A stretch of 35,604 bases of DNA from a virus (IMGVR_UViG_3300016472_000312:1-35604), one strand, 5' to 3'; positions 14,801 through 24,876 are shown, counted from the stretch's first letter. Numbers and translations are program-made. Notes: generated from the letters alone by a model not told the origin.

Positions 14801-16939
14801 TTAGTCATCGCCCGCAACGGCAATCGGCTGGATGGTTAAGCGTTCCTCGGTTTTGCCAGTTATCAGCCCCTGCCCGCCAGTGCATCTAATCTCAATATCG
14901 TGATTACCGCGCCAGTCTGACATATTTTGCAGCGCGGTAATCAGCGATACGTAATATGTCCCAGCCCCGCTAACCGTGCTACCCGCAAACTGGCCAGTGT
15001 CATAATTTTTTATTTGCGTGATCTGAACGCCATTGAGCCAGATGGATACACCGCTTGGAGTAACACTATCTTCGATGACACCGAATACTATTGCATGTGT
15101 GTGGTCTGATACTGAGTGTGTGTGTGATGCAATCGTAATAGAAACGCCATGCGAATGATCATTCAAGTTTACCGAATGCGAATGAACCGGCACGGAGTGC
15201 GAATGATTCATATCTGGCACTGAATGTTGATGACCATTTGGGCCTGCAAAATGAGAATGATTGTAAAAGCCGGGCAAACCGTTGTAAATGCTAGTTGTGG
15301 CTTCAATGCCACCAGTTTTTGAATAATCGAAACCTGTAACTGTCGGCGTGACCCCCGACGACCAACTCCCAACACCAAACGTTCCACCACCCCCTACGCC
15401 CGATGTGGTTTGAGTTCCGCCTCCGGCCGCGCTTGTTGTTGTTGCCGCCTGCCCACCGCCGCTACTCGTTGTCGCGCCGCCGCCCGAAGCGGTGTTGTTG
15501 CTGGCATATGACACCAGCGGGCCAAGCCTGAACACAAATTTGACAGCGTTCAATTCCAGAACTGCTGCATCATATTTCAATTTGCAGACGTAGTTCACTC
15601 CGTTTTTGATTGCTTGCGTGTGGAATGATTTTTCTCTCAATGTCATGCTTGGGGCCGGCCTGAGCTTAAAGCGTTTTGCATCGCGTATCAACTCTGTCGT
15701 GACCTCTGTCTGTTCCGCGAATGTTTCGCCAGTTGTCGACACAGTCAATGTGGCACGTGCCAAACCGCCAATGTCGTCAAACTCACGCGAAATTTCAGAC
15801 ACGAACAAACGCATTTTGTTAAGTGCCAATTTCACTTTTCTAACACTTGCGTTATTTGCGTCTATCACTGTTGCGACATCACGATAATCCACCTCGACTA
15901 CGCTGCCACACGATACGGAGTTTGGAAGCCCTAGCACCGACAATGTATAGTTGACAAGGGGCTTACGTGATCTGAGCAGATAGGCCACCGCCGCCGAATA
16001 AAGCGCGTTACCCGCATTCAGCAAATCGGCCTTTGAATTTGTGATTGGCTTAACATCAAATTGCACCGTTGCCTCATTTAGCCCATGTTCCGCGATACTA
16101 CTAGAATCCTCAATGTAATATTCTCGCGTCTTTGCACCCGCGTCATTAGTGCCATTTGCGTTGCTGCCGTCCCAGTTGCCGCGGCTCAAAACGGGGTAAG
16201 GTGATGTTAGATCGCTGTATTTAAGCGATAATTGCGCTACGCCCAGCCCTTGGCCCAATCCGATCACGCGATTTATGATCGTGCTGCTGTCCTCGCGCAC
16301 CGTCATGCTTTCAATTGCAATATCTCTGTTCGCGGTAATTCGCCAACCCGCAGCACTGGCCACGCTGATAAATCGCGCTGCAATGCTGCCAGTCAGCCGC
16401 GAATCTAGCCATCTGCCGTATTTGATTTGCTTGTCGCCCGATAGCGCAAACCAACCAGCGTTTGAACGCCTTGCCTGCTCAATTAACTGGAAATACGACT
16501 CACCGGCAGTGTCATAAGTGAAATCGTAAAAATCACTCGAGCTATGGTCAGTCGTTGCGGTCCACCCGTTACCGTATCTTGACATAATTGCGTTCATGTC
16601 CTGAATGAACGTTAGACCGCTCAACGCCCAATTGAAGCCTACAGTTTTTCGCGTCAATTCATAAAATTGATCGTAACAGGTGACGCTTAATAAATCTCCA
16701 TCCTCGCTCAACTCGTTAGACAAATGGTAGAACGTTCCAATCAAACCATCGACATAATGATACAGCTTGTATATCTTGCCGCGCCCAATGCCGCGATCAA
16801 GTGCCACAAGTTGTGGCACAGTGAAGCGCAATTCGCCTAGCCGATTGACGCGGCTCGTGATACCAACGCCGCTAATTTGCGTAATGGTATTTAATTTTGC
16901 GCCTGCTGCGTTGTAAATATCAAGTCGAAATGCGCTCAT
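14801..16939 (-). CDS. Baseplate hub (Tal-like) protein with C-terminal HxH-repeat needle domain
   Basis: Position after Dit and tail genes; IINRVIGLGQG...YIED..SIAEHGL.E hub motif; seven HxH motifs near the C-terminus. Confidence 0.75.
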   Translation of the reverse strand: MSAFRLDIYNAAGAKLNTITQISGVGITSRVNRLGELRFTVPQLVALDRGIGRGKIYKLYHYVDGLIGTFYHLSNELSEDGDLLSVTCYDQFYELTRKTVGFNWALSGLTFIQDMNAIMSRYGNGWTATTDHSSSDFYDFTYDTAGESYFQLIEQARRSNAGWFALSGDKQIKYGRWLDSRLTGSIAARFISVASAAGWRITANRDIAIESMTVREDSSTIINRVIGLGQGLGVAQLSLKYSDLTSPYPVLSRGNWDGSNANGTNDAGAKTREYYIEDSSSIAEHGLNEATVQFDVKPITNSKADLLNAGNALYSAAVAYLLRSRKPLVNYTLSVLGLPNSVSCGSVVEVDYRDVATVIDANNASVRKVKLALNKMRLFVSEISREFDDIGGLARATLTVSTTGETFAEQTEVTTELIRDAKRFKLRPAPSMTLREKSFHTQAIKNGVNYVCKLKYDAAVLELNAVKFVFRLGPLVSYASNNTASGGGATTSSGGGQAATTTSAAGGGTQTTSGVGGGGTFGVGSWSSGVTPTVTGFDYSKTGGIEATTSIYNGLPGFYNHSHFAGPNGHQHSVPDMNHSHSVPVHSHSVNLNDHSHGVSITIASHTHSVSDHTHAIVFGVIEDSVTPSGVSIWLNGVQITQIKNYDTGQFAGSTVSGAGTYYVSLITALQNMSDWRGNHDIEIRCTGGQGLITGKTEERLTIQPIAVAGDD

Positions 16940-17685
16940 TCAGCAATAATCCTAAAAAACACATTAATAGTATTCCCGCCAACAATGAATTGCGAGTTAA
17001 CTCTGTAAATCTCGCCAGCGGCTAACGTGCCAATCTTTGGCAAAATTAATTTACCACTTGATATACTGAGCGAGCCAAACGAAGCAGTTTTAGTTACGTC
17101 TGAATTGTCGCTTTCCTTAACTATCGTTGTCGAGACAGCCGTCTTGCTCGTTCCCATGTCGGACAAAGTTTCCACAACGTAAAAAATTTGATCGTTGGCT
17201 TGCTGCCTGATTGGAGAGTCAATTAACTCACCCGATTGGCTCTCGAGTCGTCCACGCATTCTTAGTGTCACAAAATACGCTGCAACTGAGATATCCGCCT
17301 GAATTGAACCGATGCCAACGACTTGAGATGATGAAAGTTCGTGAGCAATTCTCAAAGATGCATCAATTGTGCCAACTGCATTAATACTGGAGACGAATAA
17401 ATAATTGAAATCTGCTGTAATTTGACCAGCGCTCGATAAAACTGCCGAAAATTCAGACGAGATAGTCGCCTGAATTTGGCCAACGCCCGAAATTGTTGAG
17501 TCTAATCTTGCAAAAAATGCGAGCGGGGCAACAATTGTTGCTTGTGCGCGTTGCCCCGAATACATCAAACGAACATCAGTACCCCAAAACCCCGTTCCAA
17601 TTTGAATAGAAAGAATCTGGCCAGATATGCGAGTGATCGCCGAAGGTTTGATTCGACCCGGATAGGCCCTGAATACTGCTTTCAT
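16936..17685 (-). CDS. Minor tail / virion structural protein
   Basis: Repeated G.G.I.A beta motifs; coupled to neighbours in the tail module. Confidence 0.55.
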   Translation of the reverse strand: MKAVFRAYPGRIKPSAITRISGQILSIQIGTGFWGTDVRLMYSGQRAQATIVAPLAFFARLDSTISGVGQIQATISSEFSAVLSSAGQITADFNYLFVSSINAVGTIDASLRIAHELSSSQVVGIGSIQADISVAAYFVTLRMRGRLESQSGELIDSPIRQQANDQIFYVVETLSDMGTSKTAVSTTIVKESDNSDVTKTASFGSLSISSGKLILPKIGTLAAGEIYRVNSQFIVGGNTINVFFRIIAE

Positions 17686-17688
17686 TTT

Positions 17689-18480
17689 TTATCCTTGCAC
17701 AATCTGAATAGTGCCGTGAATAATGCCCGTCGACGTGCCGCTGCATAACAGCGCCGCGCACAAATGTGCGTTTGTGTTTACGTCTGGCATACCAATTGTG
17801 AAAGTATCCATGACAGCTGCTACGTTTGTCGCGTTTAGTGGTATGTCTGCGATACGCTTAAGCAAAACTATGCCAAAACTTCCAGCAGTGCCCGTGCTTG
17901 CACTAAGCAAAACTTGTGTCGTGCTACGTACGCCCATGTCACCCGCTGCCAAAGCAAACGGTATCATTTGACCCGCTACAGTTGAGGCAGGTATAGTTGT
18001 TGTCGCTAAACGATCACTAACGCTATTGTTGTTAGTGTATGTTGTAGTTGCAGTAACCGATGTTGCGCCAATGGCAGTATAAATTTCCATCCACATCTCA
18101 ACGCCTAGACCATCAGTGTATCGAGTAAGTGACGGCTGTGTCCATGTTTGCGCCGTAGTTATCGTGCCATTTAAGCCCGAATTGTGCCACAGGCGATCAT
18201 ATAGCATGAGCGTACCCTGAACACTTCCAGCGATTACAGCCTGAGCCAGATAATTTACATTTGTACCGCTTGGCGCTGGAAAGGTGATGCCCCCCGCGGT
18301 TGTCATGATTGGTATTTCACCGTTGGTAATTGGCGGGGTGTTTCCTACGCCGGGCTGCCCCGCAACTTGCCGCAACGAGTGATACCGTCCGGCTGCTTGC
18401 GATGTGGCTGTTGTTTTCATGAACGGCAAACGATAGCCCGGGCTTGCAGATAGTAGTTGGTCTAGTGATTGTATTGCCAT
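17689..18480 (-). CDS. Putative virion structural (tail-associated) protein
   Basis: Thr/Gly/Ala-rich, LMLYDRLWHNSG; tail module position. Confidence 0.55.
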   Translation of the reverse strand: MAIQSLDQLLSASPGYRLPFMKTTATSQAAGRYHSLRQVAGQPGVGNTPPITNGEIPIMTTAGGITFPAPSGTNVNYLAQAVIAGSVQGTLMLYDRLWHNSGLNGTITTAQTWTQPSLTRYTDGLGVEMWMEIYTAIGATSVTATTTYTNNNSVSDRLATTTIPASTVAGQMIPFALAAGDMGVRSTTQVLLSASTGTAGSFGIVLLKRIADIPLNATNVAAVMDTFTIGMPDVNTNAHLCAALLCSGTSTGIIHGTIQIVQG

Positions 18481-18482
18481 TT

Positions 18483-18887
18483 TTATAATACCTTACAAAT
18501 TAATGTTCCGGACGCAAATCCTACGGGGTCGTTTGTGTTTACGACTCGTTGGGCCGATAACGCGCCATACATCCACAGGTTACCACCTGTGGCCGCGTCA
18601 TAAATCCCCACGTGCTTGACCGTTCCCCACGAACCGCCCGCTGTGCCAAAGTCAATGGTATCTGTGTTTCTAGCCTCGCCGGTAACAGAATCAGTATTCC
18701 ACTTTGCAACAATTACCTGCTTCCGCGAGTAGCCAGTTCCTGATACCTCCGTCACGCTTGAAGTTTCGCCGTCCGAAATTTCATTGAACAATGCGACATA
18801 AATACCGTCGCCCAAAGTCGATAAACTCGTGTTGCCAAAAATGGCTTTAATTATTTTGTTTTCTGCGTAATTTGTAAATGCACTCAT
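18483..18887 (-). CDS. Tail fibre-associated protein, paralog 2
   Basis: TNYAENK...YVALF...EVSGTGYSR...I.FGTA..SWGTV.H.GIYDA.TGGNL phage tail-fibre family pattern. Confidence 0.7.
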   Translation of the reverse strand: MSAFTNYAENKIIKAIFGNTSLSTLGDGIYVALFNEISDGETSSVTEVSGTGYSRKQVIVAKWNTDSVTGEARNTDTIDFGTAGGSWGTVKHVGIYDAATGGNLWMYGALSAQRVVNTNDPVGFASGTLICKVL

Positions 18888-18899
18888 TTTTTTAATTCC

Positions 18900-19490
18900 T
18901 TATGGATAATATATTGTCCCGTCTGGGTCTCCTACTGGTAATAGATCAATGGTAAGCAGGTTAAAATTTAACAACCGCAATGGATAGGTTTTGCCGACTC
19001 CAATCATCAACGTGCTTAATTCATGCGATGTCGGCTGGGTGACAATGCCTTGAATGACTGAAATATCCGTGCTGACAACCGGATCGCCTTGGTTTACGCC
19101 AAACAAAAGGGTGTTGGCATTAAAAATAACTGGATCACCATTGTTAATCGTACGCGACAACGTTAATGAGCTGACCGCCAAAAGATTTCCAGCGATCAAA
19201 GCGTCATATATGCCAATAAATGATACTATTCCCCAACTGCTGCCTGCTGTGCCAAAAGAGATATCTCGCGTGTTTCTCGCTTCTCCAATGAATGACGTGT
19301 CCCAATTGGCTGCCGGAACTTGCCGCCGCCGATAGCCTTTGCCGGAAATTTCAGTCACAATTCCAGCATCAGGATTGATAGCCGAGTTTAGCAAACCAAT
19401 ATAAATATTATTGCCAAAACCCGCAAAGCTTTGATTGCCAAAAATGGCTTTAATTATTTTATTCTCGGTGTAGTTTGTTAATGCTGACAT
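18900..19490 (-). CDS. Tail fibre-associated protein, paralog 1 (with C-terminal extension)
   Basis: Colinear similarity to 18483..18887 over about 130 aa. Confidence 0.7.
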   Translation of the reverse strand: MSALTNYTENKIIKAIFGNQSFAGFGNNIYIGLLNSAINPDAGIVTEISGKGYRRRQVPAANWDTSFIGEARNTRDISFGTAGSSWGIVSFIGIYDALIAGNLLAVSSLTLSRTINNGDPVIFNANTLLFGVNQGDPVVSTDISVIQGIVTQPTSHELSTLMIGVGKTYPLRLLNFNLLTIDLLPVGDPDGTIYYP

Positions 19491-20237
19491 TTATAACCAC
19501 GTATGATTGTATTTAATTGCACCCGTCACCGGCTGGTTGAATTGCAATTTGTTCCAACCAGATTCAAGTTTCATTAATTCTATTTGCGAGTCGGGTATAG
19601 TCATATTGCCGTATGCGTTTGCGCCATTAACCGTTACCGTGCTAGCGAAACCATCAATTATTAGCGTTTGCCCTACCGCCTTTGCTGCATCATAGGTCAA
19701 CGCATAACCGTTTCGCGCGTTTGAAATTATAAGCGGTTTTGTTATTTGGCTTGAAACCTCAATTTTTATGTTAATACATTCCGCGTTACCCGCATTTGCA
19801 CAAGACGCTTCAAGCGCGTTTGTCAAAATTCTAATTTGTTGCGTTTCCTCGCGCCAAAACTGATCACTTTCAAACTCAAACGTAATCGGTTGCGCCATGC
19901 TTGCCGTGCTTTGGTTGTTATTCTCTGCTTTGCAACTAATTAATATCGCCTCACAGCAACGAATACTACCATCGCGCATTTTTTGTCGCAATGTACTAGT
20001 TACGCCAATCATTCTCCGCAATTGATCAATATTTCGATCAACGTCATATTGATATATTTGATTGCGCAAAAATAACCCACTAGCTGTATATTTGCGCGTC
20101 TCATGTTTTGTGCCAAGAACATAACTACCAACACGACCACCAGCAACCGCTACACGTGATACGGCAGCCGAGGCCGGAATTTCGTACGCTGCCATGCGAT
20201 CAGGCAAGGCGATGCCGCCAAAATCAAGCAACTGCAT
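19491..20237 (-). CDS. Distal tail protein (Dit-like)
   Basis: Immediately after TMP; F.S.DQFW, NAGNA, L.L.SG.N.L.F pattern. Confidence 0.7.
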   Translation of the reverse strand: MQLLDFGGIALPDRMAAYEIPASAAVSRVAVAGGRVGSYVLGTKHETRKYTASGLFLRNQIYQYDVDRNIDQLRRMIGVTSTLRQKMRDGSIRCCEAILISCKAENNNQSTASMAQPITFEFESDQFWREETQQIRILTNALEASCANAGNAECINIKIEVSSQITKPLIISNARNGYALTYDAAKAVGQTLIIDGFASTVTVNGANAYGNMTIPDSQIELMKLESGWNKLQFNQPVTGAIKYNHTWL

Positions 20238-22774
20238 TAGACATACCTCCCGTTTAGCCCACTACGCCGAAGCGCGGCTGATAAACCATCCTCCACCGCA
20301 TATCTGTCAACATTGCCGCCCGTGATCGTGATGTTAATAGGCACGTTGTTCGTAATTGTTGGCTTTGGCACACTGCTGGGGCGTGGCGGTGCAATAGTCG
20401 GCTGATTTTTGAACGAGTCTTGAAACGCCTGAGACGGCGTATACGTGCCACCCGTGATACCACCCACGCCGCCCGATTGCACAAACTGTGCCAATTGGCT
20501 CGCGGTTGTGCTGATCGAATTGCCGGCCGCCGCCATTGACGCGCTAATCGCTGAGGCCATAGACTGAGCGCTGTTTTGAATGCGAATCATCACAGAATCG
20601 GCCGTATCTGCCAATTGCAGAATAGGCGTAACTGTTTGCGCAATGCGCTCAAATGCGATTTGTGAATTTGTCAATACAGTGTTTAAGCCATTATCAAACG
20701 TGTAAATTAAATCGTTTGCTACTTTTGTCGCTTCATCCACCCACAAATAAGCATTTTCCTTTACGCCAATCGCGCCACCTTTCATGAGATACGCCGCGAC
20801 ATCAATTGTTTCGTCTGACGGCGATTTAACGCCTAACGTGTTTTTGATTGCAGTTAATACCGCGTTAGCCGCCCTAATGCCTTCGTCGACTAGCCAGCCG
20901 ACTTTATCGCGGATACCCTGCACCATGCCCTCAAGCAATTGTTGGCCTATGGTGCTCATTTTGTCGCGCAAATCTCGAAATTTGCCAAGAAACGCCTCAA
21001 CCCCATTGGCAATAATTGTTTTAGCAGTTTCGATGCAGGTATTGATTGCATCTTTGATCAGCGTCATGGCGGTGTCTGTTGCCGTGCGCATCAACTGCCA
21101 GCCATTTTCCCAGCCCAACTTAAAATTGTCTACCGCTAATTTAATTACTCCCTCGATAAGCTTCATTGCGGTATCAATCACCTCCTTGATGATGTTGTTT
21201 GACGACTGAGTAATCGATTGAATGTTTTTCCATGCCGTATCCCAATCGCCGTTTATGATCGCCAATACGGTGCTAACGATGCCCTTGATGATGTTAAGCG
21301 TTTCGCCAATTGTTGTTTTTATCAAATTCCAAGCGCCTGCAAGCACAGCCTGTATTTGATCGCCGTGATTTTTGATAAACGAGGCCACCGCGCCAAACAC
21401 GGTAGTAACAACTGTCTGAATTATTGCCGCCACGCCCGACACAATCGCGCTAATGCTATTCCATGAAGTTGTGAGAAATCCTAGTATCTCGCTGCCGTGG
21501 GCATTGAGAAAAGTGCTGATTGCCCCAAAAATTTCATTTACCACCGGCGCAAGGGCATTAATGATTGTCGTCACCGTCGTAATCGCGGTTTGGATGATCG
21601 TCGTAATGGAGTTCCAAGCCGTGCTAACAAGTAGCTGAATCTCTGTGCCGTGCTGGACCAAAAATGCCGCAATGCCTGCCAGCACGGTTTGCACCACTGG
21701 CAACCACGTCTGCAAAATCGCAATAGCCGAGGTGATGACAGTCTGTATTGTGGTGCTAATCATTGTCCACGCACCTTGGCCTTGAGCCAGTGCAATGGGG
21801 ATGAGTGAACCGAATATCTGCTGTATTGATGCTCCAATGCTTGTTATTGATGGAATCAATCCAGTTAAATTTGCGCCAATAGTGGCAATAAATGGGGCAA
21901 GCGTGGAAGAAATTATGTCAAATGTTGTTTTGATTGATGTGCCAAAGCCGACAACGGCCGCCACAATTGGCGGCAATATTGCGCTTAATGAGGTGATGCC
22001 TTGCGTCAACACGCCGGCAATAGTAGCGCCTACCTGATTTAGCAATGGCGTGTTTGCTTCCAACAGCCCATTAACGCCCGCCAAACTGTTTGACATTGCG
22101 TCAAAAATTGGCTTTGTTGCCGTTGCCGCAACTCCCGCGATAGTGTCTTTAAATGTTGACCAACGTCCCTCAGCTGTATTCGCTAAATTAGAAACAAGAT
22201 CAACATCTAGCCCCATCTCTTTCATTGCGCGTTGCACAATTTCAAGATTTGGCACCCCCTCTTTTTTTAGATCGTTGATAAATTGGCGTGGCAGGTTGAA
22301 CCGCTCAATGACTGAGGTGAAGTCGCCGCTTACCGCTTCTTTAAGCGCGAATGCTGCGCCCTCAAGCCCTTGGGCGGGGTTGGACGCTGCTAGGATTTCG
22401 GCTTTCTCGAGAATACCGTTGAGACCGCCCTCCGCAGTTTTACTGGCCGGCAGCAATGCCACCGCTGCCTTTGCCATTTGGTCAAATTCAAACGGCGTTT
22501 TGGCTGCGCGTTCTCGCACAGTCTCAATGATTGCGGCGGTTTTGGCGCCGTCTTTAGTGAAAGCGTTTAGCTGCGCTGTCACTTTCTCCATCGAGTTATT
22601 GAGCGTCAATCCATCAGAAGCAAATTTTATGACACCTGCACCAAGCGCCGCAATACCGCCAAGCGCAAGCCCACCAGCAACCTTGCCTAAATTGCCCAGC
22701 GTATTGCCGATCCCGCCCAATACGCTTGAGGCGTTGTCGGTTGCTTCAATTAGGAGTTCAATTTTTTCGCTCAT
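20237..22774 (-). CDS. Tail tape measure protein
   Basis: 845 aa helical; A.DNAS start, AAKTPFE, T.EG.WST.KD, Trp-periodic repeats, LGVKSPS. Confidence 0.93.
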   Translation of the reverse strand: MSEKIELLIEATDNASSVLGGIGNTLGNLGKVAGGLALGGIAALGAGVIKFASDGLTLNNSMEKVTAQLNAFTKDGAKTAAIIETVRERAAKTPFEFDQMAKAAVALLPASKTAEGGLNGILEKAEILAASNPAQGLEGAAFALKEAVSGDFTSVIERFNLPRQFINDLKKEGVPNLEIVQRAMKEMGLDVDLVSNLANTAEGRWSTFKDTIAGVAATATKPIFDAMSNSLAGVNGLLEANTPLLNQVGATIAGVLTQGITSLSAILPPIVAAVVGFGTSIKTTFDIISSTLAPFIATIGANLTGLIPSITSIGASIQQIFGSLIPIALAQGQGAWTMISTTIQTVITSAIAILQTWLPVVQTVLAGIAAFLVQHGTEIQLLVSTAWNSITTIIQTAITTVTTIINALAPVVNEIFGAISTFLNAHGSEILGFLTTSWNSISAIVSGVAAIIQTVVTTVFGAVASFIKNHGDQIQAVLAGAWNLIKTTIGETLNIIKGIVSTVLAIINGDWDTAWKNIQSITQSSNNIIKEVIDTAMKLIEGVIKLAVDNFKLGWENGWQLMRTATDTAMTLIKDAINTCIETAKTIIANGVEAFLGKFRDLRDKMSTIGQQLLEGMVQGIRDKVGWLVDEGIRAANAVLTAIKNTLGVKSPSDETIDVAAYLMKGGAIGVKENAYLWVDEATKVANDLIYTFDNGLNTVLTNSQIAFERIAQTVTPILQLADTADSVMIRIQNSAQSMASAISASMAAAGNSISTTASQLAQFVQSGGVGGITGGTYTPSQAFQDSFKNQPTIAPPRPSSVPKPTITNNVPINITITGGNVDRYAVEDGLSAALRRSGLNGRYV

Positions 22775-23007
22775 CGTTTACTGCGTTGCTCTGCAATTTT
22801 GTTGTTCGCTGCTTCGTATTGTGTCAATAATGTCCAGACGCGCATCAAATCGCCGTAATCTTCTTTCATCAACTCGGATGGCAATTTGTGAAACCTATCG
22901 CACATCTGAGCAAATACAAGATCGTCGGGGTATTCAGTCGTTACCCCAGCGGCTAATTTTTGGAGTTGACGGGCCTCGCTACGGCTAACGCCGTAAGTGG
23001 TAAAAAA
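22771..23007 (-). CDS. −1 frameshift extension of the tail assembly chaperone (gpGT-like C-terminal part)
   Basis: Opens at T TTT TTA (23007-23001); FTTYGVSRSEARQLQKLAAG...MCDRFHKLPSELMKED...RSKR*; stop overlaps TMP ATG. Confidence 0.8.
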   Translation of the reverse strand, partial: FFTTYGVSRSEARQLQKLAAGVTTEYPDDLVFAQMCDRFHKLPSELMKEDYGDLMRVWTLLTQYEAANNKIAEQRSKR

Positions 23008-23276
23008 ATTTCATTGAAATAGGTCAGCGCTGGCATTGATATCTCAATGGGCAATTCGTTTAGCACATCGCCGCTGATTGGCAATTTCTCGCCTTGCTCA
23101 TCGACAATCGACCAATCAACGATAAGCAAAGCGAGAATATCAGCATTTTTCTTTCCGCCTGTTGACAACGCCTCAGCATCGTGCATTTTTGCACGGCGAA
23201 TATCAATCCATTCTTCACTATAGTCGCCTGTGCCAAAAATGCGCTTAACTTGCGGTTTACCGTATACGTATGCCAT
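22953..23276 (-). CDS. Tail assembly chaperone (gpG-like)
   Basis: LIVDWSIVDEQGEKLPI motif; between tail tube and TMP genes. Confidence 0.85.
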   Translation of the reverse strand: MAYVYGKPQVKRIFGTGDYSEEWIDIRRAKMHDAEALSTGGKKNADILALLIVDWSIVDEQGEKLPISGDVLNELPIEISMPALTYFNEIFLPLTALAVARPVNSKN

Positions 23277-23279
23277 AAA

Positions 23280-23711
23280 TTAGCTTTGTGTTCCGTGCGT
23301 GATTGCGCCGGTAATTTGAACTTCTACATCTGTTGCAACGGTTTCATCAAATCCAAGTGCAATTGGCGAAGCTGTCACAAAACCGTCAAACGTGTATTCT
23401 TGTTTGCCCGCCCCAACGCCTAATGGCCGAACGCGCCAAGCACGCACAACGCGGTGAATATCGCGTAAGTTCTTTTGCGGACTGGTTGACAACGTGCCGC
23501 TGTCATGATCAATCGTAAAGCTGAATTTGCCTTCACTCAGGCCGGGGATAAATCCTTTCGCGGTCTGCCCGTAATGGGTCGCTTCTACCGCGTCGGTAGA
23601 TTCATCAATAGCGCCACCACGTGCAAACGCCGTAAAATCAAAATCAAGCGTGGTTCCCCCCGCTGTTGTCATCACCTCAATAGTGACTTCATTTCCGATA
23701 AAACTTGCCAT
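23280..23711 (-). CDS. Major tail tube protein
   Basis: VEATHYGQTAKGFIPGL..G.FSF...YTFDGFVT...VQITG. Confidence 0.85.
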   Translation of the reverse strand: MASFIGNEVTIEVMTTAGGTTLDFDFTAFARGGAIDESTDAVEATHYGQTAKGFIPGLSEGKFSFTIDHDSGTLSTSPQKNLRDIHRVVRAWRVRPLGVGAGKQEYTFDGFVTASPIALGFDETVATDVEVQITGAITHGTQS

Positions 23712-23723
23712 TATAAAAATCTC

Positions 23724-24164
23724 CTATTTTCCAAATACCGTAACCTGAACTGGTATCACCTCGCGGCGATACTCAATACCGCCGATTTCTACGCTGTCGG
23801 CAATCGTGCGCTCAGTTATTACGATGTTTGCCCAATTGTTTGTAGTTGTGTTAACGCTCACCACGCCCGAAACCGCCGCCTCAATATCGTCGATGGCGTT
23901 TTCTGCGTCGTCCTCGTTCCATGACGCGCCATCCGAATAAAGCGCGAACACGTGAACATTAAAATAAAACTCGTTTTTGTCTACGCCGCGATTTTGTTTG
24001 CCACGCATACTACCAGCGCTGCTTACTGTTGCCACTGGCGATTTGCCGCCAAAATCGCTAGGCTGATATCCGTAAACCGCTTGGCACAAGTTGCCATTAA
24101 CTAGCGCTGTTTCAAGCAGTGCAGTCAATGCGGAACGGGTGTTTTTGCGGTTTGGAGTGCTCAT
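23724..24164 (-). CDS. Tail terminator / tail completion protein
   Basis: Position, size, VYGYQP...P.A.V pattern. Confidence 0.65.
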   Translation of the reverse strand: MSTPNRKNTRSALTALLETALVNGNLCQAVYGYQPSDFGGKSPVATVSSAGSMRGKQNRGVDKNEFYFNVHVFALYSDGASWNEDDAENAIDDIEAAVSGVVSVNTTTNNWANIVITERTIADSVEIGGIEYRREVIPVQVTVFGK

Positions 24165-24553
24165 TTCATTGCACCACTAATGTATGTTTTTACAGCTTTT
24201 ACGACTTCGTTGCCATATTCATTTTTTGTGCGAGTGTAAAACGCATGTGTGCCGCCTCGTGCATGTTCAACTGCCCCATAAGCCGCCGTTTTTGCGCCAG
24301 TTCGCGGATTACGCGCACTGGGGTCAATGTATATCTTTCCTTTTGTGACGTTTATTTCAATGCGATGGCTAGCGCGTAACGCACCAGTATCGACGTGAGT
24401 GATACCTAGCACGTAACGATGAATCATCAAGCCAGCGCGTTTTACCGCTTGGCCCAATGCCCCAGCAGGCTTTAGTTCGGCAATGCGTCTATTCATGGCC
24501 GCCTGAGCTTGTTGCAAGCCGCGAATATCTGCCTTAATCGTCTGTTGGCTCAT
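24161..24553 (-). CDS. HK97 gp10-like neck/tail completion protein
   Basis: THVDTGALRAS, YGAVEH..G...FY. Confidence 0.75.
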   Translation of the reverse strand: MSQQTIKADIRGLQQAQAAMNRRIAELKPAGALGQAVKRAGLMIHRYVLGITHVDTGALRASHRIEINVTKGKIYIDPSARNPRTGAKTAAYGAVEHARGGTHAFYTRTKNEYGNEVVKAVKTYISGAMK

Positions 24554-24876
24554 CGTTTAATGTCCTCTAGCACCATCACGCGAAACGTCACGCCGCGAAA
24601 ATTCGCCCAATCTTCGACTGCCCGAATTGGATAATCCTTGCCGCCCACAGTTAACACGTCACCCTCTTGCACATCGTCGGCTCCAACAAATGCCTGCAAT
24701 ACCTCGTGGGGCGTGTTAAGCGCCACGCGTTGTGATATCTCAGCGCTGACGGGGTCAAGCGCTGAACATTTGAGCGTTGATAAATACGCTGCCAACTCGC
24801 CGCGTTTGCCGTTTGACACGGCGGGCGGGCGTTTGGTAGATGCGGTCACAGTCAACAGTCGGGCGAATGAACTCAT
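24550..24876 (-). CDS. Head closure (stopper) protein
   Basis: DVQEGDVLTVGGKDYPIRAV; position. Confidence 0.7.
   Translation of the reverse strand: MSSFARLLTVTASTKRPPAVSNGKRGELAAYLSTLKCSALDPVSAEISQRVALNTPHEVLQAFVGADDVQEGDVLTVGGKDYPIRAVEDWANFRGVTFRVMVLEDIKR

Noticed and set aside
18483-19490. Possible DGR template/variable repeat pair
   Set aside because: No reverse transcriptase in the genome; both copies are intact ORFs, and differences are not adenine-specific
22050-22988. 312-aa + strand ORF (and similar long antisense ORFs at 9732..10400, 27149..27616, 29112..29561)
   Set aside because: Antisense shadows of well-supported genes with no motifs of their own
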